A DNA stretch of 64,000 nucleotides from Eledone cirrhosa (GCA_964016885.1 OZ024748.1:44330001-44394000); one strand, 5' to 3'; counted from the stretch's first letter, positions 50,519 to 63,680 are shown. The notes: generated from the sequence alone by a model not told the origin. Numbers and translations are program-made.

Positions 50519-50747
50519 ACAAGGCTATAAACATTGATTAAAACCTTAGCTATCGGTAAGAAACTAAAGATATCAGTTACCCTCAAAGCCAAGCAACACG
50601 AGATTCTCCACATTCTTCCAATTCAATAAAATTATCTCATTTTTATTTATTTAACTTTTAATAGATTTTTAAAATTTCATTTTATTATTTTTTTACTATG
50701 TTTATATTACATAACCATAGCCTGTTTATATGTATGTTTGTATGTGT

Positions 50748-51090
50748 GTCATCATCATCATTTCATTTTATGTCCGCTTTTTCCCTGCTCGCAAGGGTAG
50801 GACGGGAACTGATTCTGGCTTGATTTCTACAGCTGGATGCCCTTCCTAACACCAACCTCATTTACAGTGAGTGCTGGGTGCTTTTTTGCCGTGGCACCTC
50901 CACAACCACTTTACAGTGGAATGATAAGGACCCCATTCCCTATCATCTCATTTCTACAGCTGAGTAAACTGGAGCAATGTGAAATAAAGTGTCTTGCTCA
51001 AGGAAACAACACATCACCCGGTCTGAGAATTGAACTCACAACCTTTCGATTGCAAGGCCAATGCTCTAACTACTAAGCCATGTGCCTCCA
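50748..51090 (-). mobile_element. SINE-A
   Basis: Reverse complement of the SINE-A consensus. Confidence 0.92.
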
Positions 51091-51164
51091 TGTGTGTATG
51101 TATATATATATATATATATATCATCATCATCACCATTTTACGTCCGTTCTTCCACGCTAGCATG

Positions 51165-51204
<40 letters not shown>

Positions 51205-51205
<1 letters not shown>

Positions 51206-51590
51206 AGGAGTTGACGGACCCAGCATATTTATCAATGCCAGGACCGGTTGTATCTCAGAGTACTCAATAGGTAATGTAAGATACATCCCCAGAATATACA
51301 CATAGTTATTTGCTTCAATACAACACACGTAAAACAGGTGCCTGTAATAGTTCCCGGACTCGAGTTTCGGCCACATCTAATGCAGCAGTAAGGTGCACTG
51401 CACCATCCGTCTGCATGTATTATGCGACAATGCACAATCGGCTTATGCGGCTTCATCAGCGGGTATCGCCTAATCAATAACCAATCGATCGACAGAATCC
51501 AAACACCAGCCCATGCCAGTCATGACTGTCTGTGACAACCGACACGGTAAAGCGATTAGCAACTGGAACCCGATACTATGCTATCTCTCG
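51205..51590 (-). mobile_element. About 385-bp ORF-less (TA)n-flanked element carrying an intact hammerhead (pLTR-like)
   Basis: GC-richer unique insert between (TA)n tracts; hammerhead at 51353-51463; downstream TATTGAGTACTC motif shared with the 57.3, 57.9 and 59.0 kb inserts. Confidence 0.7.
51353..51463 (-). ncRNA. Type I hammerhead ribozyme, intact core, ~75-nt helix II insertion
   Basis: Minus strand: CCCG-CTGATGA(51459-51453)-AGCC...GGCC-GAAA(51368-51365)-CTCGAG-TC|CGGG; predicted GUC cleavage between 51357 and 51356. Confidence 0.82.
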
Positions 51591-51697
51591 ATATATATAT
51601 AAAATAACCATGGCCTGTTTATATGTTTACTTGTATGTGTATATATATATATATATAATAAACATGGCTGAGGTGTCAAATTTTCATTATGTTTATT

Positions 51698-51790
51698 CAG
51701 GTGTGACTCACGTTTTGCAATTGATCAGCTGAAGATTCGATCTCTATTGATTGGGGCTGACTCTGGAATCAAAAGCTCATCAGACTTCTG
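51698..51790 (-). ncRNA. Hammerhead-like motif with long stem II (G12 mutated)
   Basis: Minus strand: CAGAAGT-CTGATGA-GC..TCAGC..GCTGA..GC-aAAA-CGTGAG-TC-ACACCTG, followed by AATAAA and (TA)n. Confidence 0.6.
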
Positions 51791-51820
51791 TTAGCGTAAT
51801 GTGTGTGTATATATATATTT

Positions 51821-52165
51821 ATGGAGGCACATGGCTTAGTGGTTAGAGCATTGGCCTTGCAATCGAAAGGTTGTGAGTTCAATTCTCAGACCGGGTGATG
51901 TGTTGTTACCTTGAGCAAGACACTTTATTTCACATTGCTCCAGTTTACTCAGCTGTAGAAATGAGATGATAGGGACTGGGGTCCATATCATTCCACTGCA
52001 AAGTGGTCGTGGAGGTGCCACGGCAAAAAAGCACCCAGCACTCACTGTAAATGAGGTTGGTGTTAAGAAGGGCATCCAGCTGTAGAAATCAAGCCAGAAT
52101 CAGATCCCGTCCGACCCTTGCAAGCAGGAAAAAACGGACGTAAAATGAAATGATGATGATGATGA
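51821..52165 (+). mobile_element. SINE-A
   Basis: Near-identical to 13505-13837. Confidence 0.92.
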
Positions 52166-52397
52166 TATATATATATATAAATATATCATTAAAAAAAAGA
52201 CTGTTTTATGAATCATCTGAAACTATAATGATCCCCAGAAGACAGCTGATGGGCAGGAATTGTCCATGTGTTTGTCTTTTCAAGTTTTCTGTTTCCTGTA
52301 TTTCTCCCACGTATTTTTTAATGATATTATTGTAACTACACAGATTGGGTAATGACCGAATATGATCACAAATACAAGAGGTCTTTGGAGTAAAGTT

Positions 52398-52911
52398 ACT
52401 GTGAAGAGCTCTACAGTATTGTGAAGAACTCTCCATTACAGTATTGTGAAGAGCTCTCACTACAGTACTGTGAAGAACTCTCACTACAGTACTGTGAAGA
52501 ACTCTCACTACAGTACTCTGAAGAACTCTTTACAGTACTGTGAAGAGCTCTCACTACAGTACTGTGAAGAGCTCTCACTACAGTACTGTGAAGAGCTCTC
52601 ACTACAGTACTGTGAAGAGCTCTCACTACAGTACTGTGAAGAACTCTCACTACAGTACTGTGAAGAACTCTCACTACAGTAGTGTGAAGAACTCTCACTA
52701 CAGTACTGTGAAGAACTCTCACTACAGTACTGTGAAGAGCTCTCACTACAGTACTGTGAAGAACTCTCACTACAGTACTGTGAAGAACTCTCACTACAGT
52801 ACTGTGAAGAGCTCTCACTACAGTACTGTGAAGAGCTCTCACTACAGTACTGTGAAGAGCTCTCACTACAGTACTGTGAAGAGCTCTCACTACAGTACTA
52901 TGAAGAACTCT
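52398..52911. repeat. 24-bp quasi-palindromic minisatellite, about 21 copies
   Basis: Unit ACTGTGAAGAGCTCTCACTACAGT. Confidence 0.95.
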
Positions 52912-53269
52912 CTCCGTTTCCACCCATGACTAAGATCTTGGATCTCAGCTAGTTCTATACACACACACACTTACACATACATGCACATACACACTCACAC
53001 ACACACACACACACTCACGCGCGGCACTGGATTACCATTTCTCTGTTAAGCACCATCATCCATTCCCATTGAGTGCATTGATCAATAAATACATTTGATG
53101 ATAAAGGAGTATAGGGTGGTGTGCGAGGGGAGAAGGTGGAGGGAGAGAGAGGCAATTGTAGCTGAGGAGGGGGAGGAGATGAACCATTTGTTGAGAGGAA
53201 GAGAGAGTGAGTGAGAGGGATGTAGAAGAAATATTGTGGTGGGGAGAGAGAGGAAGTGGTGCAGTTGTG

Positions 53270-54493
53270 GGGGTGGTGGTAGAGAGAGAAGTAGTGATAG
53301 AAATGGTGGTGAAGGAGAGAGAGAGTGACAGTGCTGGTGGTGGTGGTAGAGAGAGAGAGAGAGAGAGACAGTGGTGGATGTAAGGAGAGAGACAGTGGTG
53401 GGGGTTGGTGTAGAGAGAGACTGGTGGTGGTGGAGAGAGAGAGACTGGTGGTGGTGGTGGAGAGAGACAGTGGTAGAGAGAGAGACAGTGGTAGAGAGTG
53501 TGACAGTGGTAGTGGTGGAGAGAGAGAGATAGTGGTGGTGGTGGAGAGAGAGAGATAGTGGTGGTGGTGGAGAGAGAGACAGTGGTGGATGTAAGGAGAG
53601 AGACAGTGGTGGGGGTTGGTGTAGAGAGAGACTGGTGGTGGTGGAGAGAGAGAGACTGGTGGTGGTGGTGGAGAGAGACAGTGGTAGAGAGAGAGACAGT
53701 GGTGGTGGTGGAGAGAGAGACAGTGGTGGTGGTGGAGAGAGAGACAGTGGTGGTGGAGAGAGAGAGACAGTGGTGGTGGTGGTGGAGAGAGAGAGACAGT
53801 GGTGGTGGTAGAGAGAGAGAGACTGGTGGTGGTGGAGAGAGAGTGGTGGTGGTGGTGGAGAGAGAGAGACAGTGGTGGTGGTGGTGGTGGTGGAGGAGAG
53901 AGAGACAGTGGTGGTGGTGGAGAGAGACAGTGGTGGGGGTGGGGGTGGAGAGAGAGACAGTGGTGGGGGTGGGGTGGAGAGAGAGAGACAGTGGTGATGG
54001 TGGAGAGAGAGACAGTGGTGGTGGTGGAGAGAGAGAGAGACAGTGGTGATGGTGGAGAGAGACAGTGGTGGTGGAGAGAGAGAGACAGTGGTGGGGGTTG
54101 GTGTAGAGAGAGACAGTGGTGGTGGTGGTGGAGAGAGAGAGACAGTGGTGGGGTTTGGTGTAGAGAGAGACAGTGGTGGTGGAGAGAGAGACAGTGGTGG
54201 TGGTGGAGAGAGAGACAGTGGTGGTGGTGGAGAGAGACAGTGGTGGGCGTTGGTGTAGAGAGAGACAGTGGTGGTGGTGGAGAGAGAGAGACAGTGGTGG
54301 TGGTGGTGGAGAGAGAGACAGTGGTGGTGGTGGAGAGAGAGAGAGACGGTGATGGTGGTGGAGAGAGACAGTGGTGGGCGTTGGTGTAGAGAGAGACAGT
54401 GGTGGTGGAGAGAGAGAGACAGTGGTGGTGGTGGAGAGAAAGAGAGACAGTGGTGGTGGAGAGAGAGAGAGACAGTGGTGGTGGTAGAGGTAC

Positions 54494-54527
<34 letters not shown>

Positions 54528-55600
54528 CTATGGTGGTGGTGGTGGGGAGGCACAGAAGAGAAAGAGAGAGAGAAGCTAAGGTGGTGGTGGTGGGGAGGTA
54601 CAGAAGTGAAAGAGTGAGAGAAGCTAAGGTGGTGGTGGTGGTGGGGAGGCACAGAAGTGAAAGAGAGAGAGAAGCTAAGGTGGTGGTGGTGGTGGGGAGG
54701 CACAGAAGTGAAAGAGAGAGAGAAGCTAAGGTGGTGGTGGTGGGGGGGAGGCACAGAAGAGAAAGAGAGAGAGAAGCTAAGGTGGTGGTGGTGGGGAGGT
54801 ACAGAAGTGAAAGAGAGAGAGAAGCTATGGTGGTGGTGGTGGTGGGGAGGCACAGAAGTGAAAGAAAGAGAGAAGCTAAGGTGGTGGTGGTGGTGGGGAG
54901 GCACAGAAGTGAAAGAGAGAGAGAAGCTAAGGTGGTGGTGGTGGGGGGTACAGAAGTGAAAGAGAGAGAGAAGCTAAGGTGGTGGTGGTGGGGAGGTACA
55001 GAAGTGAAAGAGAGAGAGAAGCTATGGTGGTGGTGGGGAGGTACAGAAGTGAAAGAGAGAGAGAAGCTAAGGTGGTGGTGGTGGTGGGGAGGTACAGAAG
55101 TGAAAGAGAGAGAGAAGCTAAGGTGGTGGTGGTGGTGGGGAGGTACAGAAGTGAAAGAGAGAGAGAAGCTAAGGTGGTGGTGGTGGTGGGGAGGTACAGA
55201 AGTGAAAGAGAGAGAGAAGCTAAGGTGGTGGTGGTGGTGGTGGGGAGGCACAGAAGAGAAAGAGAGAGAGAAGCTAAGGTGGTGGTGGTGGTGGGGAGGC
55301 ACAGAAGTGAAAGAGAGAGAGAAGCTAAGGTGGTGGTGGTGGGGGGGAGGCACAGAAGAGAAAGAGAGAGAGAAGCTAAGGTGGTGGTGGTGGGGAGGTA
55401 CAGAAGTGAAAGAGAGAGAGAAGCTATGGTGGTGGTGGTGGGGGGGAGGCACAGAAGTGAAAGAGAGAGAGAAGCTATGGTGGTGGTGGTGGGGGGGAGG
55501 CACAGAAGAGAAAGAGAGAGAGAAGCTAAGGTGGTGGTGGTGGTGGGGAGGCACAGAAGAGAAAGAGAGAGAGAAGCTAAGGTGGTGGTGGTGGGGGGTA
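53270..55600. repeat. (GGT)n-(GA)n compound repeat grading into a ~50-bp minisatellite from about 54520
   Basis: GAGAGACAGTGGTGG units, then GTGGTGGGGAGGCACAGAAGTGAAAGAGAGAGAGAAGCTAAG units. Confidence 0.93.
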
Positions 55601-55719
55601 CAGGAAGTACTTGGCCTTATGGGTTGAATGATTTCCATTGATTTCTGAGAAGAGTTGCTGCAAAATTTTACAATTTATTGCAGTAATGTTACATGACATG
55701 TTAACTGGGATTAGCTGAC

Positions 55720-55901
55720 TATGTGTGTCTGTGTGTGTGTGTGTGTGTGTCTGTCTGTATATATATATGTGTGTGTATGGATGTATGTCTGTATATGTGT
55801 GTCTGTGTGTGTGTATATATATATATGTGTGTATGTGTATGGATGTATGTCTATATGTGTGTCTGTGTATATATATATATATGTGTGTATGGATGTGTGT
55901 C

Positions 55902-55956
<55 letters not shown>

Positions 55957-56129
55957 ATGTGTATTGATGTATGTCTATATGTGTGTCTGTGTATATATAT
56001 ATATATGTGTGTATGGATGTGTGTCTGTGTGTGTGTATATATATATATGTGTGTATGTGTATGGATGTATGTCTATATGTGCGTCTGTGTATATATATAT
56101 ATATATATGTGTGTGTATGGATGTGTGTC

Positions 56130-56194
<65 letters not shown>

Positions 56195-57260
56195 ATGTGT
56201 ATGGATGTATGTCTGTGTGTCTGTGTGTGTATATATATATATATATGTGTGTGTATGTGTATGGATGTATGTCTATATGTGTGTCTGTGTATATATATAT
56301 ATATGTGTGTGTGTATGGATGTGTGTCTGTGTGTATATATATATGTGTGTATATGTATGGATGTATGTCTATATGTGTGTCTGTGTATATATATGTGTGT
56401 GTATAGATGTTTGTCTGTATATGTGTGTCTGTGTGTGTGTATATATATATATGTGTGTGTGTGTGGATGTATGTTTGTATGTGTCTGTGTGTGTGTGTAT
56501 TTATATATATGTGTGTGTGTATGGATGTGTGTCTGTGTGTATGGATGTATGTCTATATATGTGTGTCTGTATGTGTATATATATATGTGTGTGTGTGGAT
56601 ATATGTCTATATATGTGTGTGTGTATGGATATATGTCTGTATATGTGTATATATATATATATATGTGTGTGTATATGGATGTATGTCTATATGTGTGTCT
56701 GTATATATGGATGTGTATGGATATGTCTGTATATGTGTGTCTGTGTATATATGGATGTGTGTCTGTATATATATGGATGTATTTGTGTGTGTGTGCCTGT
56801 ATGTAGATGTGTCTGTCTGTATATGGATCTGTGTATGTGTATATATATATGTATGTGTATGGATGTGTGTCTATATATATGGATGCATGTGTGTGTATAT
56901 ATATATTTGTGTGTGTGCGTGCCTGTATATAGACGTGTGTCTGTCTGTATATGTGTCTGTATATGAATGTGTGTGTGTGTCTGTATATGGATGTGTGTGT
57001 GTGTCTATGTATGGATTTGTGTGTGTGAGTGTGTGTATATATATATATATAATGTGTATGTCTGTTTGTGCATGTGTGTGTATATATTTATGTATGTGTT
57101 TGTGTGAGTGTGTGTACATGATTTCGATACAGTTCATTGCGTGTGTGTATGTTTGCAGCATTTTCTGTATTTGTGCATGCTTGTGTGTTTTGTCTGTATG
57201 TGGGTAGGTAGGTGTCTGGATGTGTGTGTGTGTGTATGTCTGTATGTGTGTGTGTGTGTG
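55720..57260. repeat. Compound (TG)/(TA) microsatellite field
   Basis: Direct inspection. Confidence 0.93.
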
Positions 57261-57335
57261 TAGATTCTCGAGTTGTGCCGGGGGTAACGATAGTAAAAAG
57301 AGGTACTCAATACAGTGGTAGAGTATAGGCATCTT

Positions 57336-57407
<72 letters not shown>

Positions 57408-57493
57408 ATGGCTTCTACAAGACTAGAACTGTTTCGTTTGTATGAAATAGTTCTAGTCCTATAGAAGTCATTTCTATATATATATATATATAT

Positions 57494-57861
57494 ATGGCTT
57501 AGTGGTTAGAGCATTGGCTTTGCAATCGAAAGGTTGTGAGTTCAATTCTCAGACCGGATGATGTGTTGTTTCCTTGAGCAAGACACTTTATTTCACATTG
57601 CTCCAGTTTCCTCAGCTGTAGAAATGAGATGATAGGGACTGGGGTCCCTATCATTCCACTGCAAAGTGGTCGTGGAGGTGCCATGGCAAAAAAGCACCCA
57701 GCACTCACTGTAAATGAGGTTGGTGTTACAGCTGTAGAAATCAAGCCAGAATCAGTTCCCGTATGAGCAAGGCACGGTCAGCCGACCAGACACTGCCCAC
57801 AACAGGACAACTTGTCTAACCCATGCTAGTGTGGAAGAATGGACGTAAAACAGTGATGATG
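57494..57861 (+). mobile_element. SINE-A with RTE family-Y type tail
   Basis: Same head and body; tail TCTAACCCATGCTAGTGTGGAAGAATGGACGTAAAAC-(GAT)n. Confidence 0.9.
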
Positions 57862-57903
<42 letters not shown>

Positions 57904-57904
57904 C

Positions 57905-58088
57905 AGAATGGATGTAGTAAAAACTGTTAGACCATTACTCACTAGAGTACTCAATACTTGGGGGTAGTAGAGTGGGTAATATGAAAGATTCAGGATCCCG
58001 CCGGCTGAGTTCCTGCCATTACAATAGCTAGTTTGGAACTGGCTGTTGAAATGGCAGGAGCTCAGCTGTCGGGGTCCCTAATCCTTCA
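57905..58088. other. About 180-bp element ending in a ~105-nt hairpin (copy 1)
   Basis: GAGTACTCAATACTT.GGGTAGTAGAGTGGGTAAT followed by hairpin 57982-58088; diverged homolog at 58940-59115. Confidence 0.65.
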
Positions 58089-58176
58089 CGCACACACACA
58101 TATATATATATATATATAAGTAAATATATATATATATATATATGCATATATATATATATATTTACTTATATATATA

Positions 58177-58336
<160 letters not shown>

Positions 58337-58939
58337 TATATATATATATACATATATGGTTGTGAAGTAATCTCCTTATGTGTGTGTGTATATATATACA
58401 CACATATATAAATATATATATGTATGTTTATTTGTAAATGTACAAATTCAATGAGTATATGAGTGTTTATAATTCACTTAGTTCATTTTCTCCGATTAAA
58501 AAAAATATAATTTCCTCATCTTTCTTTTTTCTCCCTCACTTCTCTCTCTCTATCTTTCTGTCTCTCTATCTTTCACTCCTTCACTCCCTCTATCTTTCAC
58601 TCCTTCACTCCCTTATTTAAGGTACTCTGTTTTTCTTTACAAGCCCCCATCCCTCACCCACTGCCCCCCCCCCATGTCTCTCACCCCCCTCTCATCTTTC
58701 TGTGTCAAAAGATGTACGTGAATAATATCAGTTTATACAAATGTCTATCTATCTCTGTGTGTATATATGTGTGTATGTATGTATGTACATGTGTGTATGT
58801 ATGTACATGTGTGTGTGTATGTATATGTATGTATGTGTGTATGTATGTACATGTGTGTAATACTCAATATATATTAAAATGTGCATTATATATAAACGCA
58901 CATGTGTATGTGTGTGTGTGTATATATATATATATAACG

Positions 58940-59115
58940 TAGGAGGTGTGGTAAGGAACCAGATGGACCATAACGCACCAGAGCACTCAATACTTAGGGT
59001 AGTAGAGTGGGTAATAGGAAAATGTTAGATCCCGACGGCAGAGTTCAAGCCTTTTCGACGTCGAAATAGCCTTTCGAAACGGCTTGAGCTCTGCCATTGG
59101 GGTCAAACTTCTTCA
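58940..59115. other. About 180-bp element ending in a ~100-nt hairpin (copy 2)
   Basis: Same leader motif; hairpin 59017-59115 with compensatory changes relative to copy 1. Confidence 0.65.
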
Positions 59116-59119
59116 TATA

Positions 59120-59346
59120 TATCATCATCATTTCATTTTACGTCTACTTTTCCCCTGCTTGCAAGCGTGGGACGTGAACTGATTCTGGCTTGATTTCTAC
59201 AGCTGGATGCCCTTCCTAACACCAACCTCATTTACAGTGAGTGCTGGGTGCTTTTTTGCCGTAGCACCTACACGTCCACTTTACAGTGTGGGCTGGGTGC
59301 TCTTTTGCCGAGGCACCTCCACGACCACTTTGCAGTGGAATGATAG
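59120..59346 (-). mobile_element. 5'-truncated SINE-A (internal-duplication subfamily)
   Basis: 3' half of SINE-A with the same duplication as 33376-33753. Confidence 0.85.
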
Positions 59347-59732
59347 TACTGGGTACTTTTTGTCATGTCACTGATACGACCATCTTACAGGGTAGACTGG
59401 GAGAGTTTTTTTTATCAATATTTTGCTTGGTTTCTATGACTGTATGCCGTTCCCAACACCAACCACTTTACAGAGTGTACTCAGTGTATTTTATTGTTGC
59501 TCCAGCACTGCAACAGGCTTCCACACAGTTTCCATCTACCAGATTTCACTGACAGAATCATTGGTCAATGCAAGGCTCCATGTGGCTCAACATAAGGCAG
59601 GCTGTGGGTTACATATGGTCAATGCAAGGCTCCATGCCAACGTGCCATGCAATGAAATTGAAACCTAAGCTCTGTGGTTGTCAAGAGGACATTTAACCCT
59701 GCAGCAATGGTGACCAGCATTGCCCAATGTCT

Positions 59733-61907
59733 CAGGTATGGGCAATATCTTTTGAGCAGTGGGTTGCATAGGATCTGGCTCAGCATAAGACAGGCCATGG
59801 GTTGCATAGGATGTGGCTCAACATAAGGCAGGCCATGGGTTGCATAGGATGTGGCTCAACATAAGGTAGGCTGTGGGTTACATAGGATGTGGCTCAACAT
59901 AAGGCAGGCTGTGGGTTACATAGGATGTGGCTCAACATAAGGCAGGCTGTGGGTTACATAGGATGTGGCTCAACATAAGGCAGGCTGTGGGTTGTATAGG
60001 ATGTGGCTCAACATAAGGCAGGCTGTGGGTTACATAGGATGTGGCACAACATAAGGCAGGCTGTGGGTTACATAGGATGTGGCACAACATAAGACAGGCC
60101 ATGGGTTGTATAGGATGTGGCTCAACATAAGACAGGCCATGGGTTGCATAGGATGTGGCTCAACATAAGGCAGGCCATGGGTTGTATAGGATGTGGCTCA
60201 ACATAAGGCAGGCTGTGGGTTACATAGGATGTGGCACAACATAAGGCAGGCTGTGGGTTACATAGGATGTGGCTCAACATAAGGCAGGCTGTGGGTGGCA
60301 TAGAATGTGGCTCAACATAAGACAGGTTGTGGGTGGCATATGTGGCTCAACATAAGGCAGGCTGTAGGTGGCATAGGATGTGGCTCAGCATAAGGTAGGC
60401 CATGGGTTGCATAGGATGTGGCTCAACATGAGGCAGGCTGTGGGTTGCATAGGATGTGGCTCAACATGAGGCAGGCTGTGGGTTGCATAGGATGTGGCTC
60501 AACATGAGGCAGGCTGTGGGTTACATAGGATGTGGCTCAACATAAGACACGCTGTGGGTTACATAGGATGTGGCACAACATAAGGCAGGCTGTGGGTTAC
60601 ATAGGATGTGGCTCAACATAAGACAGGCTGTGGGTGGCATAGGATGTGGCTCAACATAAGACACGCTGTGGGTTACATAGGATGTGGCTCAACATAAGAC
60701 AGGCTGTGGGTGGCATAGGATGTGGCTCAACATAAGACACGCTGTGAGTTACATAGGATGTGGCTCAACATAAGGCAGGCTGTGGGTTACATAGGATGTG
60801 GCTCAACATAAGACAGGCTGTGGGTGGCATAGGATGTGGCTCAACATAAAACAGGCTGTGGGTTACATAGGATGTGGCTCAACATAAGGCAGGCTGTGGG
60901 TTGTATAGGATGTGGCTCAACATAAGGCAGGCTGTGGGTTACATAGGATGTGGCTCAACATAAGACAGGCTGTGGGTTACATAGGATGTGTCTCAACATA
61001 AAACAGGCTGTGGGTTACATAGGATGTGTCTCAACATAAGGCAGGCTGTGGGTTACGTAGGATGTGGCTCAACATAAGGCAGGCTGTGGGTTACATAGGA
61101 TGTGGCTCAACATAAAACAGGCTGTGGGTTACATAGGATGTGGCTCAACATAAGGCAGGCTGTGGGTTGTATAGGATGTGGCTCAACATAAGGCAGGCTG
61201 TGGGTTACATAGGATGTGGCTCAACATAAGGCAGGCTGTGGGTTACATAGGATGTGTCTCAACATAAAACAGGCTGTGGGTTACATAGGATGTGGCTCAA
61301 CATAAAACAGGCTGTGGGTTGTATAGGATGTGGCTCAACATAAAACAGGCTGTGGGTTGTATAGGATGTGGCTCAACATAAGGCAGGCTGTGGGTTACAT
61401 AGGATGTGGCTCAACATAAGGCAGGCTGTGGGTTACATAGGATGTGGCTCAACATAAGGCAGGCTGTGGGTTACATAGGATGTGGCTCAACATAAGGCAG
61501 GCTGTGGGTGGCATAGGATGTGGCTCAACATAAAACAGGCTGTGGGTTACATAGGATGTGTCTCAACATAAAACAGGCTGTGGGTTGTATAGGATGTGGC
61601 TCAACATAAAACAGGCTGTGGGTGGCATAGGATGTGGCTCAACATGAGGCAGGCTGTGGGTGGCATAGGATGTGGCTCAAGATGAGGCAGGCTGTGGGTG
61701 GCATAGGATGTGGCTCAACATGAGGCAGGCTGTGGGTTACATAGGATGTGGCTCAACATGAGGCAGGCTGTGGGTTACATAGGATGTGGCTCAAGATGAG
61801 CAGACCGCACTACTAAACAAATTGAATGCAATTTTGAAATTAAACGTGCCATTCAGAAAGCCAAACGGGTCACATGTGGCTTGCGGGCTGCAGTTTGCCC
61901 ATCACTG
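59733..61907. mobile_element. hAT-like MITE inflated by an internal 38-bp satellite
   Basis: Left CAGGTATGGGCAA matches the reverse complement of right TTGCCCATCACTG at 11/13; the right end is followed by GTCTAGAG, a typical hAT target. Confidence 0.6.
59760..61800. repeat. 38-bp minisatellite, about 54 copies
   Basis: Unit CATAGGATGTGGCTCAACATAAGGCAGGCTGTGGGTTA. Confidence 0.97.
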
Positions 61908-62110
61908 GTCTAGAGAAAGTCTTGTTTTTGCATTTGTTAAATTTAAAAGATATATCTTAACCATTTAGAACAATACCTTAACATCAGTATGAGTGGCCAG
62001 TTATGGCCAGTTGGAACAGAAAGAGTTGAGAGAAATCTAGCCAGATATGGTCAGTTTTAATGCAAAAGGGTTGAAGTAAGTTTATATAAAGTTTGTTACA
62101 TTTGCACTTA

Positions 62111-62290
62111 TTAACTCTTCCATTACCATATTTCTAATGAATTTGAAAATAATGAAGAATTTTAAAGGATTTAGTAATATAACTAACTTGCTCATTATTA
62201 AATTAGTGTTTGGAGCATAACTTAACAAAGGTTCTTACATAAAATAATGATGGGAGGTGTTTAGTTGAATATAAACACTTTACAAATAAC
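62111..62290. mobile_element. Degenerate TTAA-flanked (piggyBac-like) MITE left end
   Basis: TTAACTCTTCCATTACCATATTTCTAATGA; matches the reverse complement of part of the minisatellite unit at 1312-2430. Confidence 0.5.
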
Positions 62291-62532
62291 AGCTTAGGAG
62301 AACAGAACAGGAGTAAAGTATTGATACATACACATAGAGATATATACACAGAGACATATACACAGACACATATATATATATACACATACAGATATATATA
62401 TATATACATACACATAGAGATATATACACAGATATACACACATACATATATTGATATATACACATACACACATATATATACACACACACACACATCACAC
62501 ACAGACATACACATATATATATGTGTATGTAT

Positions 62533-62592
<60 letters not shown>

Positions 62593-62662
62593 GCACACAC
62601 ACATACACATATACACATATATATGTTTCTGTGTGATGTGTGGGTGTATATCAATGTATGTA

Positions 62663-62694
<32 letters not shown>

Positions 62695-62859
62695 CATATA
62701 TATACAGGTGGGATCAATTGAGAATGAGGAAAGGAATCATGGATTTTAAGATTGAAATGAGAACGAGAATGTATGAATTGTGTGAGTGTGTGTATGTATA
62801 AGTGTGTGTGTAAGTGTGTATGTCTGTTTCTAAAGTTGTGTTTATCTTTATTAATGTGT

Positions 62860-63680
62860 TTGTATGTATTTGTATGTATGTGTATGTGTGTGTGTGTGTA
62901 TTTGTAGGTATATGTGTGTATGTGTGTGTGTATGTATTTGTAGGTATATGTGTGTATGTATTTGTATGTGTGTGTGTGTGTATGTATTTGTAGGTATATG
63001 TGTGTATGTATTTGTATGTATGTGTGTATGTATTTGTATGTATGTGTGTATGTATTTGTAGGTATATGTGTGTATGTATTTGTATGTATGTGTGTATGTA
63101 TTTGTAGGTATATGTGTGTATGTATTTGTATGTATGTGTGTGTGTATGTATTTGTAGGTATATGTGTGTATGTATTTGTATGTATGTGTGTGTGTATGTA
63201 TTTGTAGGTATATGTGTGTATGTATGTGTGTGTGTGTGTATGTATTTGTAGGTATATGTGTGTATGTATTTGTATGTATGTGTGTGTGTGTATGTATTTG
63301 TAGGTATATGTGTGTATGTATTTGTATGTATGTGTGTGTGTATGTATTTGTAGGTATATGTGTGTGTGTGTGTATGTATTTGTAGGTATATGTGTGTATG
63401 TATTTGTATGTATGTGTGTGTGTATGTATTTGTAGGTATATGTGTGTGTGTGTGTATGTATTTGTAGGTATATGTGTGTATGTATTTGTAGGTATATGTC
63501 TGTATGTATTTGTATGTATGTGTGTGTGTATGTATTTGTAGGTATATGTGTGTACGTATTTGTATGTATGTGTGTGTGTATGTATTTGTAGGTATATGTG
63601 TGTGTGTGTGTGTATTTGTAGGTATATGTGTGTATGTATGTGTGTGTAGGTATATGTATGTATGTATGTATGTGTGTATG
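62860..63680. repeat. GTATGTATTTGTAGGTATATGTGT-type compound minisatellite
   Basis: Direct inspection. Confidence 0.92.

Noticed and set aside
53015-55641. 629-aa and 860-aa His/Pro/Ser/Thr-rich ORFs
   Set aside because: They are translations of (GGT)n/(GA)n minisatellite that lacks stops in several frames; no domain content.
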